DNA of 64,000 nucleotides from Bacilli bacterium (GTDB lineage Bacteria; Bacillota_I; Bacilli_A; ML615J-28; CAG-698), in the NCBI GenBank assembly GCA_050953045.1, contig JBMNLY010000001.1:279879-343878 (forward strand), in the 5' to 3' direction. Every line of letters starts with the position of its first letter. The stretch's first letter is position 1. Positions 42,559 to 51,562 of this stretch are shown piece by piece. The position numbers and the translations under genes were made by a program. The notes beneath the pieces are model-generated. The model was not told where the DNA came from, did not search any database, and was given only the letters and a program-made list of their open reading frames with translations.

Positions 42559-43198
42559 TTCCCAAACTCCATTTCAAAAAAGGATTTGTGTTTTTTTCAT
42601 AGTTCAAATTGGTTTTATCCCCATGACCGGGATAGACGCTATAATCGTCTGCCAAAGCATAAAGTTTGTCGAGACTTTTCCGCATTGCTTTCGAATCGGA
42701 GCTGACCAAATCGGTACGTCCGACCGCTCCTTTAAACAAAGTGTCGCCGGTAAAAAGATAATCATCAACAATAATACATAAAGCACAGGAGGCATGCCCC
42801 GGAGTTTCTAAGAACCGAAAGGTTTTCCCAAGTAAATGATGGGTAGTATCAGATTCGATAATAACCATTCGCTCTTTTGGAATCGGAAAGCGCCAATCTT
42901 GATTGATTAAACTGCTTGCGTTTTTCTCCGGGTCGTTTAGTTTTTCAAGCCCAGCTTCATGCAAATATACGGGACAATCGCTCTTTTTTAAATAAGTTTC
43001 TAAAGCAAGAAGATGATCAAAATGACAATGAGTGAGTATTATCCCTTTCAGTCTCTCTTCCCGCTTTTCAAAAACTCGTTCATATTCAACAGCAGGATCA
43101 ATAATTACTTCACCTTCGCTATTTTCTAAAAGATAAAGATTACATGCAATAAGCGAAGATGTAAAGCGAGTTACTTTTAAGTTATTTTCTCGCGACAT
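42551..43198 (-). CDS. MBL-fold metallo-hydrolase (YqgX/glyoxalase II-like)
   Basis: THCHFDH, TPGH, FTGDTLF, PGHG. Confidence 0.9.
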   Translation of the reverse strand: MSRENNLKVTRFTSSLIACNLYLLENSEGEVIIDPAVEYERVFEKREERLKGIILTHCHFDHLLALETYLKKSDCPVYLHEAGLEKLNDPEKNASSLINQDWRFPIPKERMVIIESDTTHHLLGKTFRFLETPGHASCALCIIVDDYLFTGDTLFKGAVGRTDLVSSDSKAMRKSLDKLYALADDYSVYPGHGDKTNLNYEKNTNPFLKWSLGNV

Positions 43199-44090
43199 AA
43201 GCGGCTCCGTAGATTCCGGCATCATTACCTAAGGATGCAAGCACAAACTCTGTATCTGCGACCGGATAAAATGCAACCTCCCGGAATTTAGCAACCAACT
43301 TGTCCAACAAGAAACTCCCGGCTTTTGAAACACCGCCGCCGATGACAAATGCTTCGGGATTAAGTGCGGCAGCAATATTCCCAAGCGTTCCTGCGAGAAC
43401 ATCCACCATCTGATTCACTGCAGCAAGCGCAACTTCATCTCCTGTCTTCGCCAAATCAAAGATATTCTTTGAGCTTACTTCCAGATCATGTAATTTGGTC
43501 TCCCTGCCTTGCATCAGCTCTAAAGCCGTAGTAACAAGGCCTGTCGCACTCGCATATTTTTCAAAACAATCAAATTTGCCACAGTTACATCTTCTTTGTT
43601 TAGCGTTTAAAATTTGGATATGACCGATTTCGCCTCCGGCACCAGTCGCTCCTTCATAAACTTCGCCGTTAATGACAATACCACCGCCGATTCCGGTTCC
43701 AAGCGTTACCATTACAAAATCGCGGTATTTTTGGGCGCTGCCTGCTGCCATCTCGCCGATAGCGGCAACATTGGCATCATTTAAAACCCGAACCCGAGCA
43801 TCAGGGTATCTTTCTTTGATAATCGCTTCTGCTTCTACAATGCCCCAACCCAGATTCTGACAACCGTTTACAACACCTTTCACCACCGGACCGGGAACAC
43901 CGACACCGATGCCTACAATGTTATCCCCTTGGCTTAATTCATCTATTTTATTAAAAACATCAGCAAGAATCCTCTTCCCTTGATCACTTACATCGGTCTT
44001 AATACTTGTCTTTAACAACAATTTATCATAGTGAAATTTTCCGATTTTTATTTCGGTTCCGCCGATATCAATTCCAAAAATACAATTCAT
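43182..44090 (-). CDS. glcK: ROK-family glucokinase
   Basis: GIDIGGT, NDANVAA, GTGIGGG, GEIGH, CNCG. Confidence 0.85.
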   Translation of the reverse strand: MNCIFGIDIGGTEIKIGKFHYDKLLLKTSIKTDVSDQGKRILADVFNKIDELSQGDNIVGIGVGVPGPVVKGVVNGCQNLGWGIVEAEAIIKERYPDARVRVLNDANVAAIGEMAAGSAQKYRDFVMVTLGTGIGGGIVINGEVYEGATGAGGEIGHIQILNAKQRRCNCGKFDCFEKYASATGLVTTALELMQGRETKLHDLEVSSKNIFDLAKTGDEVALAAVNQMVDVLAGTLGNIAAALNPEAFVIGGGVSKAGSFLLDKLVAKFREVAFYPVADTEFVLASLGNDAGIYGAAYVARK

Positions 44091-44173
44091 AATTTCCTCC
44101 ATCTTGATGAATTATAACATATAAAAAAGAAATTGTTAAGCAGAAACTAACAATTTCCGGGTTACGTTCTTTA

Positions 44174-44410
44174 TTAATAATTGGAATAATTTACGATGAT
44201 TACTTCCCCACCAATTTTAACAATCTGGTTCCAGGGAATGATCGCATTATTGCTTGAAGAAAAGAAATTGGCAAGTCTGGTATTGGGTTGAACAGTAATC
44301 GAGATGATGCGGCCGCTGGTCGGGTCAATCTCGAGATTCGAGATTCTTCCCAATTTGCTTCCGTCAACGACATTGATAACATCTTTAGTTTGCAGGTCGC
44401 CATAAAGCAT
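44174..44410 (-). CDS. YlmC/YmxH-family PRC-barrel sporulation protein
   Basis: DL..KDVINV.DG..LG.I..LEID, IPW.QI.KIG.EVIIV. Confidence 0.9.
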   Translation of the reverse strand: MLYGDLQTKDVINVVDGSKLGRISNLEIDPTSGRIISITVQPNTRLANFFSSSNNAIIPWNQIVKIGGEVIIVNYSNY

Positions 44411-44455
44411 GATCTCACCAATATCATTATATAAGAATCTAATTGATAATATACA

Positions 44456-44605
44456 TCATTTTTCGCGGTTTGAATCTTTGTAAAGAAGTTCAAGTCCGAT
44501 TTCTTCCTGGAAGTTTTTCTTCTTTTTCTTCTTTCCTTTTTCTTCTTTCGCAAGAATATAAAACTGATAGCCTTTATCAGTTTTCGTAATATAATAATTT
44601 TTCAT
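44456..44605 (-). CDS. Small basic hypothetical protein (49 aa), not in ORF track
   Basis: MKNYYITKTDKGYQFYILAKEEKGKKKKKKNFQEEIGLELLYKDSNREK; GGTGA RBS; fills the rsfS-ylmC gap. Confidence 0.55.
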   Translation of the reverse strand: MKNYYITKTDKGYQFYILAKEEKGKKKKKKNFQEEIGLELLYKDSNREK

Positions 44606-44644
44606 TTTCTTCACCGGAAATAGTTTTTCCGATAAAGACTTGTT

Positions 44645-44986
44645 TTATAAGTAAGTTTCCGGATTTATTTGCGGGAGATCTTTCCAAAGTTTGTCGAGAT
44701 CATATTTTTCTCGTTCTTCCGTTAAAAAGATATTAACTAAAACCTCACGCATATCAATAAGCGCCCAATAACCTCCGCTTAAACCTTCGATTCCTTTCAA
44801 ATAATATCCTTTTTCTTCGCTTAGTTTCCTTAATTTCTGAACGGTTGCGGAAAGCTGACGCGAGTTATTGGCGGTAGCATTTACTACCAAATCATAAAAA
44901 GGCGTAATTTTAGCAGTATCATAAATCTTGATATCTTCAACTTTTGCATCATAAAGGGATTTAATCACATCTTTTAAGATTTCCAT
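44645..44986 (-). CDS. rsfS: Ribosome silencing factor
   Basis: D.K.EDI, W.LID, F..EERE.YDL.KLW; follows yqeK. Confidence 0.9.
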   Translation of the reverse strand: MEILKDVIKSLYDAKVEDIKIYDTAKITPFYDLVVNATANNSRQLSATVQKLRKLSEEKGYYLKGIEGLSGGYWALIDMREVLVNIFLTEEREKYDLDKLWKDLPQINPETYL

Positions 44987-45555
44987 TTTACCTCCTGGTA
45001 TTTCTGATATAATTTTAAACTTAATTCGTCAGGATAAATCCTTAACTTACTTTTAATTTTCTCTAAGATCGCCCCGTAAAAATCAATCCGCGATAGTCTT
45101 TTTGCTGCTTCAAACTCAGGGCCTATGCGGCCATCTTCTGTAAAATCTGCAAGAAAAATCACTTCACCAAGCAAACTCATCTTAAGCGAACCAAGCGTAT
45201 GAGTCGCAATCGCAGCAAGAATCTCTTCATCTTCTAATCCCAATTCTTCTTTGATGACAAAAGGTCCGAGTAATGAATGATGCACTTTAGGATTTTCATC
45301 TAATAGCGCAATATCAAGCTCATACCTTTTTACTATCTCCCGGTAGCGCTCTTTTGTTTCATATTTCGCATAATCATGGAGCACCGCCGCTATCGCTGTT
45401 TTTTCTTTATCCAGTTTGAAATTAAAGGTATCGATCAACTCTAAAGCTTTCTTTTTTACCGCAAGCGAGTGCTCGTAACGAAGCTTAATATCCTTACTTC
45501 CCGAACTTAGATATTTATTCCAAAGGATTACTTCAAATTCTGCGCTTGTTTTCAA
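44974..45555 (-). CDS. yqeK: HD-domain Ap4A hydrolase
   Basis: RYEHS, LHDYAK, HT.G, IFLAD..E.GR. Confidence 0.85.
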   Translation of the reverse strand: MKTSAEFEVILWNKYLSSGSKDIKLRYEHSLAVKKKALELIDTFNFKLDKEKTAIAAVLHDYAKYETKERYREIVKRYELDIALLDENPKVHHSLLGPFVIKEELGLEDEEILAAIATHTLGSLKMSLLGEVIFLADFTEDGRIGPEFEAAKRLSRIDFYGAILEKIKSKLRIYPDELSLKLYQKYQEVKWKS

Positions 45556-46652
45556 ACTATCGCCTCTCTAAAACTTATTTTAATTTTCTCAAAACAATAA
45601 AAATCCACTTCGCCTTTACCGATTAAAGTAATAAAACCTAATCCGGATATAGCAATATCTTGCTTTTTCTCTTCAAAAGTAAAATGATATTTTCGGATTC
45701 CGCCAAGTTTTTTTCTTTCGGTCGGATCGGGAATAATTAAAATATCGTCTTTATGTTTCTCATAAAAGTGAGATGCAGCCGTAATTTTTGTGCGGTGAAC
45801 GAAAACGGGATTCGGAACATTAATGACAAAAGACGAAGACATTCCAGAGACAAAATCCAAACGGCAAAAGCCGCCGATAAAAAGGGTTTGACCCGGAAGA
45901 AGTTGGTAAACTCGCGGGCGAATATATTTTTTCGAAAGTAATAATTTCTGATGTTGATGGCCTAAATAATAGGTTGCCTGGTTATGATTTAAAATTCCCG
46001 GCGTATCAAGCAAAAAACTCCCGTCCGGAAGCGGTATTTTTAAGATTCCAAGAGTTGTGGAGATTGCGGTGCTTGTAGTTAGAAACCGTGCCTTTAAGCC
46101 GAGTTTTTTAATGATTGCATTAATGATTGTGCTTTTACCGACATTGGTTGTCCCGATAAAACAGACATCTTTTTTTCCTTTTAAGCGAAATATCTCCAGA
46201 AGTAATGTTTCAATATCTTTTTTCTTCAAAGAAGAAATCAACAATGTAGCTTCCGGTGTGATATTCTTTTCTGCTAAAAATTTACGAAAATAATCATGGA
46301 CTTTTCCACTTATTACAGAATTTAAAAACAAATCAAATTTATTTGCGACAATGATGATTTTACTTTTTGGAAAGAGTTCTTGAAGATTATCAATAAAGGT
46401 TCCTTCAAGGTCAAAAATATCAACGATATTCACAACCAAAAGCTCTTTTTTTCCAAGTTCAATGATGTTTTTTTGAAATTCTGCTTCGTCGATATCAACA
46501 TCTGTCTTTTGATTGTAATGAATCAGCTTATAGCAGCGCTCACAATAAAATTCATTTCCGTGCTTACCCAAAACATCGGCACGGACAAAACCGGGCCGAT
46601 GCGGATCACTCGTCTGAACAAGAGCGCCGCAACCTACGCAGTTATTTTTCAT
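45552..46652 (-). CDS. yqeH: Ribosome biogenesis GTPase
   Basis: CxGC...CxRC, NKFD, GTTNVGKS, DTPG. Confidence 0.93.
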   Translation of the reverse strand: MKNNCVGCGALVQTSDPHRPGFVRADVLGKHGNEFYCERCYKLIHYNQKTDVDIDEAEFQKNIIELGKKELLVVNIVDIFDLEGTFIDNLQELFPKSKIIIVANKFDLFLNSVISGKVHDYFRKFLAEKNITPEATLLISSLKKKDIETLLLEIFRLKGKKDVCFIGTTNVGKSTIINAIIKKLGLKARFLTTSTAISTTLGILKIPLPDGSFLLDTPGILNHNQATYYLGHQHQKLLLSKKYIRPRVYQLLPGQTLFIGGFCRLDFVSGMSSSFVINVPNPVFVHRTKITAASHFYEKHKDDILIIPDPTERKKLGGIRKYHFTFEEKKQDIAISGLGFITLIGKGEVDFYCFEKIKISFREAIV

Positions 46653-47206
46653 TTCGTAATCCCTTCAATCTTTTGATATACATCCGGGTAACGACGTTTT
46701 AAACCATTTAATACCTGCCTTTCGTTAAGGCGGTTAAGTTTGGTATACCAAATTTCGCTTTTCTTCTTCACCGGCCGGACTAAAATCACATCGATTCCAA
46801 AGCGATTGCCGCCTAAGACATCGGTCATCAGTTGATCGCCGACTGCAATAATCTCTTGGTTGCTCTTAGGTTTAACCATTTTTATAATCTTGCGATAACC
46901 GCGGCCAAAAGGTTTTAAGGCATTAGAGACAAATGGTAAGCCCAAAGCTTCCGCAAACACACTAACCCGTTTATAATTATTATTAGAAATCAAAATAATT
47001 TTAAAACCAATATTTTCAAGCTCCGAAACCAAAGCTTTTATTTCCGGTGTCGGCAGGATGACATCGTAAGGTATTAAGGTGTTATCGATGTCAAGTAGTA
47101 TTATTCTTTTTCCGTCTTCATATAATTTATTGTAATTGATGGAAAAAACATCTTGGTAGCAATCGTAGGGAATAAATTTCGATAATGGGTAAAACAACTG
47201 TAACAT
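46649..47206 (-). CDS. yqeG: HAD IIIA phosphatase
   Basis: DIDNTL, SNN, KP, VGDQLMTDVLGGN. Confidence 0.92.
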   Translation of the reverse strand: MLQLFYPLSKFIPYDCYQDVFSINYNKLYEDGKRIILLDIDNTLIPYDVILPTPEIKALVSELENIGFKIILISNNNYKRVSVFAEALGLPFVSNALKPFGRGYRKIIKMVKPKSNQEIIAVGDQLMTDVLGGNRFGIDVILVRPVKKKSEIWYTKLNRLNERQVLNGLKRRYPDVYQKIEGITK

Positions 47207-47271
47207 ATAATCCTCCGTTAAAATATTATACCAAAACTTCTGCTAAAAGTCTAAAGAAAAGGAGAAAATAT

Positions 47272-47943
47272 ATGATTGAATTATTGGCGCTCCTCTTGCT
47301 GCCCCTTTTTGGAACCGTCAGCTCCCAAAGCTTTCCGGAAGTCTTAAGTTCCGAAGAGGAAGAAAAATATTTAAAACTCTGGCAGGAGGGCGATGATGAT
47401 GCGCGAACCAAGCTGATTGAACATAATCTCCGTTTGGTTGCGCATATTGTAAAAAAGTTTGAAAATACCAAAGAAGACAGGGAAGATTTGCTTTCTATCG
47501 GCGCTTTTGGTTTAATCAAAGCTGTCGATACCTATAATTTTACATCCAATACGAAACTGGCAACCTATGCCGCTCGTTGCATTGAAAACGAGATTTTAAT
47601 GTATCTGAGAAGTTCACGCCGAAAAAGACAGATCACTTGGCTTGATTCTTCAATCGGTTCCGATAAGGAAGGAAACGAAATTAAATTAAGCGATGTCATT
47701 GAAGACCCCGCGAAATCAGCACTAGAAAAACTGGAGTTTGAAGAGAAAGTTGCGACAATCAACGAAGCTTTAAAAATCTTAAATTCGCGCGAACTAGATA
47801 TTATTTCGCGGAGATTCGGTTTAAACGGCAGAAAAGTTGAAACGCAAAGAGAGATTGCGAAAAGTTTAAATATTTCCAGAAGTTATGTCTCGCGAATCGA
47901 AAAAAGAGCCTTAACAAAACTTTATCTAAAAATCAAAAAATAA
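47272..47943 (+). CDS. sigK: Pro-sigma K, sporulation sigma factor (uninterrupted)
   Basis: Hydrophobic pro-sequence then SFP..LS; LIEHNLRLVAHIVKKF, LATYAARCIENEILM, TQREIAK.L.ISRSYVSRIEKRAL; AAGGAG RBS. Confidence 0.92.
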   Translation: MIELLALLLLPLFGTVSSQSFPEVLSSEEEEKYLKLWQEGDDDARTKLIEHNLRLVAHIVKKFENTKEDREDLLSIGAFGLIKAVDTYNFTSNTKLATYAARCIENEILMYLRSSRRKRQITWLDSSIGSDKEGNEIKLSDVIEDPAKSALEKLEFEEKVATINEALKILNSRELDIISRRFGLNGRKVETQREIAKSLNISRSYVSRIEKRALTKLYLKIKK

Positions 47944-47979
47944 ACCGTCTGTTCAGTTTTCCCTGGACAGACGGTTTTA
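47942..47979. terminator. Bidirectional terminator between sigK and bcp
   Basis: AAACCGTCTGTTCAG...CTGGACAGACGGTTT. Confidence 0.75.
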
Positions 47980-47983
47980 TTCA

Positions 47984-48436
47984 TCAAAGTAATTTTAAAA
48001 TTTCTTCAGCATTTGTATCCGGATTAGCCTTTTTAAAAACTTTAATAATTCTTCCTTCCTCATCAAGAACATAAGTTGAACGACTGACACCGAAGGATTT
48101 TTTTCCAAAATTAGTCTTTTCAACCCAAACTTCATAAGCCTTGATTACTTCTAAATCGGGGTCGGAAAGCAAAATAAAGGGCAACTCATAATCATCAACA
48201 AACTTCCGATGCGAATCTATTGAATCTTTACTGATTCCGATTACAACAATATCTTTTTCCTTAAAACCTGTAAATGCGTCCCGGAATGCACAGGCTTGTC
48301 TAGTACAGCCGGGGGTATGGTCTTTCGGATAAAAATAGATTACTACTTTCTTGCCTTTAAACGAAGAAAGGCTAATTTGATTTCCAAACTGATCATTTAA
48401 GGTGAATTCCGGAGCAATTTGACCTACTTTAAGCAT
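47984..48436 (-). CDS. bcp: Thioredoxin-dependent thiol peroxidase Bcp
   Basis: YFYPKD.TPGCT.QAC. Confidence 0.95.
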   Translation of the reverse strand: MLKVGQIAPEFTLNDQFGNQISLSSFKGKKVVIYFYPKDHTPGCTRQACAFRDAFTGFKEKDIVVIGISKDSIDSHRKFVDDYELPFILLSDPDLEVIKAYEVWVEKTNFGKKSFGVSRSTYVLDEEGRIIKVFKKANPDTNAEEILKLL

Positions 48437-48536
48437 CTGACTCCTCCTTTCTTTTCTTTATTATAAACCAGAATAATTTTTAATATTATGAATATGCTTT
48501 TAAAATAAAAAATCTGGCAAGAGACCAGATTTTTAC

Positions 48537-48653
48537 TCATATGATTCCTTTTTTTGGAAAGATCAAATCATTCCAAGAGAATCCTCCTATGAATTTCAAA
48601 ACGACCAATAAAAACAATACCACAGCCACCAGGATTACACCACTGCGTCGCAT
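48537..48653 (-). CDS. Small single-TM protein (38 aa), not in ORF track
   Basis: MRRSGVILVAVVLFLLVVLKFIGGFSWNDLIFPKKGII; GAGGTGA RBS; own terminator at 48508-48534. Confidence 0.7.
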   Translation of the reverse strand: MRRSGVILVAVVLFLLVVLKFIGGFSWNDLIFPKKGII

Positions 48654-48700
48654 CAGATCACCTCATTATATTATATGATGAAAGGTGATATTTGGGCATT

Positions 48701-49705
48701 TTAAAGAATCGGAATGCCTAGGCGTTCAAGTTCCTTTAAATCTTCATCTTCCCAAAGCGAAGCCTGTACTTCGCCGATGTGACACTTTTCTAACATCACG
48801 AGACAAAGCCGGCTTTGCCCGATACCGCCACCGATGGAAAAAGGCAGTTTATTGTTGCTGATATTCTGATGGAAGGAAAACTTAAGCCTAGAGGTGGTAT
48901 TTGTTGCTTCCAGTTGCTTTGTTAAGGAAGTGGCATCAACCCTGATACCCATAGAGGATAACTCTATCGCTGTGTTTAAGGGTTCATACCAGATGAGTAT
49001 ATCGCCGTTTAAATTCCAGTCATCATAGTCGGGTGCTCTTAAATCATGGGGTTTTCCGTCCCCTAAAGGCCAACCGATTCCGATGATAAAAACCGTTTTA
49101 TGGACTCGCGCAATCGCGTTTTCTCTTTCTTTGGGAGATAAATCCGGATAGAGTCTTTGAAGTTCTTGCGCTGTGATAAAGAAAACATCTTTGGAGAAAT
49201 TAAGTTTCAGTTTCGGAAAAGCTTGATTAACCATATCCTTCGTTTCCGCAATTGCACTCACGATTTTTCTAACGATTTTTTGTAAATAATCGAGATTACG
49301 GTCGCTTTCAAAAATGCATTGTTCCCAGTCCCACTGATCAACATAAAGAGAATGCAAATTATCGAGTTCTTCATCTTTTCTGATTGCATTCATATCGGTA
49401 TATAAACCATAGCGGGGCCGAAAATCATATTTTCCTAAAGCCATTCTTTTCCACTTCGCAAGAGATTGGACGATTTCCACAATTTCTCCGGTTGCTTTTA
49501 GTTCAAAACTAACGGGGCGTTCAACCCCGCTTAAATGGTCATTAAGACCAGATTTTTCATAAACGACCAAGGGCGCTGTAACTCTGGTTAAATCGAGTCT
49601 TTCCGCTAGTTTCTTTTCAAAATTGTCCTTTACCAGCTTGATTGCCTTTTGGGTCTCCATCAAGTCAAGTAAAGGAACATAGTTTTTTGTATAATCATAA
49701 AGCAT
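48701..49705 (-). CDS. asnA: Aspartate--ammonia ligase
   Basis: VQSLAKWKR, YVDQWDWE, RAPDYDDW, SIGGGIGQSR. Confidence 0.97.
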   Translation of the reverse strand: MLYDYTKNYVPLLDLMETQKAIKLVKDNFEKKLAERLDLTRVTAPLVVYEKSGLNDHLSGVERPVSFELKATGEIVEIVQSLAKWKRMALGKYDFRPRYGLYTDMNAIRKDEELDNLHSLYVDQWDWEQCIFESDRNLDYLQKIVRKIVSAIAETKDMVNQAFPKLKLNFSKDVFFITAQELQRLYPDLSPKERENAIARVHKTVFIIGIGWPLGDGKPHDLRAPDYDDWNLNGDILIWYEPLNTAIELSSMGIRVDATSLTKQLEATNTTSRLKFSFHQNISNNKLPFSIGGGIGQSRLCLVMLEKCHIGEVQASLWEDEDLKELERLGIPIL

Positions 49706-49716
49706 AGGGTTAACCG

Positions 49717-50178
49717 TTACTTTATCTTTTTAATCGTTACGTAAAATTCTTCGCCGTTATCCGGTTTTACAAGCACTTTATCTCCGACTTTATGATGTAA
49801 AATCGCTCCACCTAAGGGTGATTCATTGGAAATTTTACCGTTTAAGGGATCGGCTTCAAGACTGCCAACAAGTACGAATTCATCGACGGAGCCGTCGTCA
49901 AATTCTAAAGTGATTGTCTTACCTAAATTTGAGGCAGAAGAATTATTTTCAATAATAACTGAATTTTTTATAATCTTTTCCAGTTCTTTAATTCTTGCTT
50001 CGATTCGGGCTTGTTCGTCACGCGCTGCATCATAATCAGCGTTTTCCGAAAGATCCCCTTGAGCCCGCGCTTCTTTTAATGATTCAATGATGCGGCTTCT
50101 TTCAATGTTTTTTAAATCATCCAGCTCCATTTTTAATTTATCTAATCCTGCTGTAGTCAAGTGATGTTTTTCAACCAT
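49717..50178 (-). CDS. greA: Transcription elongation factor GreA
   Basis: EARAQGDLSENADY, ISNESPLG. Confidence 0.97.
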   Translation of the reverse strand: MVEKHHLTTAGLDKLKMELDDLKNIERSRIIESLKEARAQGDLSENADYDAARDEQARIEARIKELEKIIKNSVIIENNSSASNLGKTITLEFDDGSVDEFVLVGSLEADPLNGKISNESPLGGAILHHKVGDKVLVKPDNGEEFYVTIKKIK

Positions 50179-50259
50179 TTTGTTCCCTCCATAAATTTTA
50201 AAATTATTATATCAAAATGCTTAACAGAAAGCAAGCGTTTTATTTTTTATTATTTATAT

Positions 50260-51533
50260 GGTGTCTTGTACATCTAAGTGCAACATCATATTAATTTAAA
50301 AAGTCCATAAAATCCTGTATAATTAAGTTGCAAAACAAAATACGGAGGATCTTATGAACTTAATTAATTATACACCAAGAAAAACATATACGCAACTTAA
50401 TCATGAATCTAGAATTAAAATTTCTGCACTACTTGACGCTGGCCTGTCTCAATCTGAAATTGCTCGTCAATTAGGTGTTCATCGTTCAACTATCTCAAGG
50501 GAAGTTAAACGTGGTAGTATTACTATACGAAATTATGATTATACTTTTTCAACTAAGTATGAAGCTAAAGCAGCTCAAAATCTATCAGATAAAAGAAATC
50601 TCAATTCAAGAAAGAAACCTAAATATTTAAAACATAAAAGTGTTCTAAAAGAGATTGAGAATCTAGTAAAAAATGAAAAATATAGTTTTGAAATCATTGC
50701 TGGTAGAATGAGATATTTATCTTCTAAAGAATCATCAAATACAATTACATTTTCATTTAAAACCTTATATAACTATCGCAAGAAGAAATTACTTCATATT
50801 CCAGATAGATACATGCCTTCATATACTTATTCAAAATCCCAAAAATCAACTAGAAGGGCAAATAAGGCGGGGAAATCTATAGATTTACGCCCAGAAGTAG
50901 TTAATCAACGCATAGAGACAGGCCATTGGGAAATGGACTGTGTAGTTGGCCCTTTAGGATCTAAGGAATCATTACTAACTCTTTCTGAGAGAGTTTTAAG
51001 ATATGAACTAATATTTAAACTAGAAGCTAAAACTTTAGAGAATGTAGCTTCAAAAATAGATGAACTAGAAATAACATTAGGTTCTAACTTCCAAAAAATC
51101 TTTAAATCAATCACTACAGATAATGGAACTGAATTCCAAAACTATAACAGAATAGAAGCCATCAATACTAAATCCTGGAAAACAAAGAACAAACCAGTTC
51201 TTTGCTCATCCTTACTCTTCTTGGGAAAGAGGTACTAACGAAAACTTAAACAGAGAAATTCGTAGGCACTTTCCTAAAGGTACTAAATTTAAACACATTT
51301 CGGAATCAAGAATACAAAAGGTTCAAAACTGGATGAACCATAAACCAAGAAAGGTTTTAGGGTTTAAAACCCCTTATGAATTTTTCTGTGAGAAGTATCC
51401 AGAACTAGCTGAATTAGTATCCTAATTTTTCAAAAAGCTTGAATATAAGGGGGAACACATTTCCCCCTAACCCCCATTGTTTCTTAATTAACTATTTTAT
51501 TGACTTTTGTTGCATTTCAAATTACAATCTACA
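50260..51533 (+). mobile_element. IS30-family element
   Basis: 26-bp imperfect IRs GGTGTCTTGTACATCTAAGTGCAACA / TGTAGATTGTAATTTGAAATGCAACA; TAT on both flanks. Confidence 0.85.
50354..51425 (+). pseudogene. IS30 transposase with +1 frameshift near 51159
   Basis: HTH RSTISRE, GHWEMD, TTDNGTEF; the HPYSSWERGTNEN...PRKVLG half is in another frame. Confidence 0.85.
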
Positions 51534-51562
51534 TATACACATTATATTCACATCATGTTAAT

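Noticed and set aside
47185-47271. Longer sigK N-terminus from the ORF track, and a possible skin element
   Set aside because: The extension overlaps yqeG and lacks an RBS; ATG 47272 has AAGGAG; sigK is continuous
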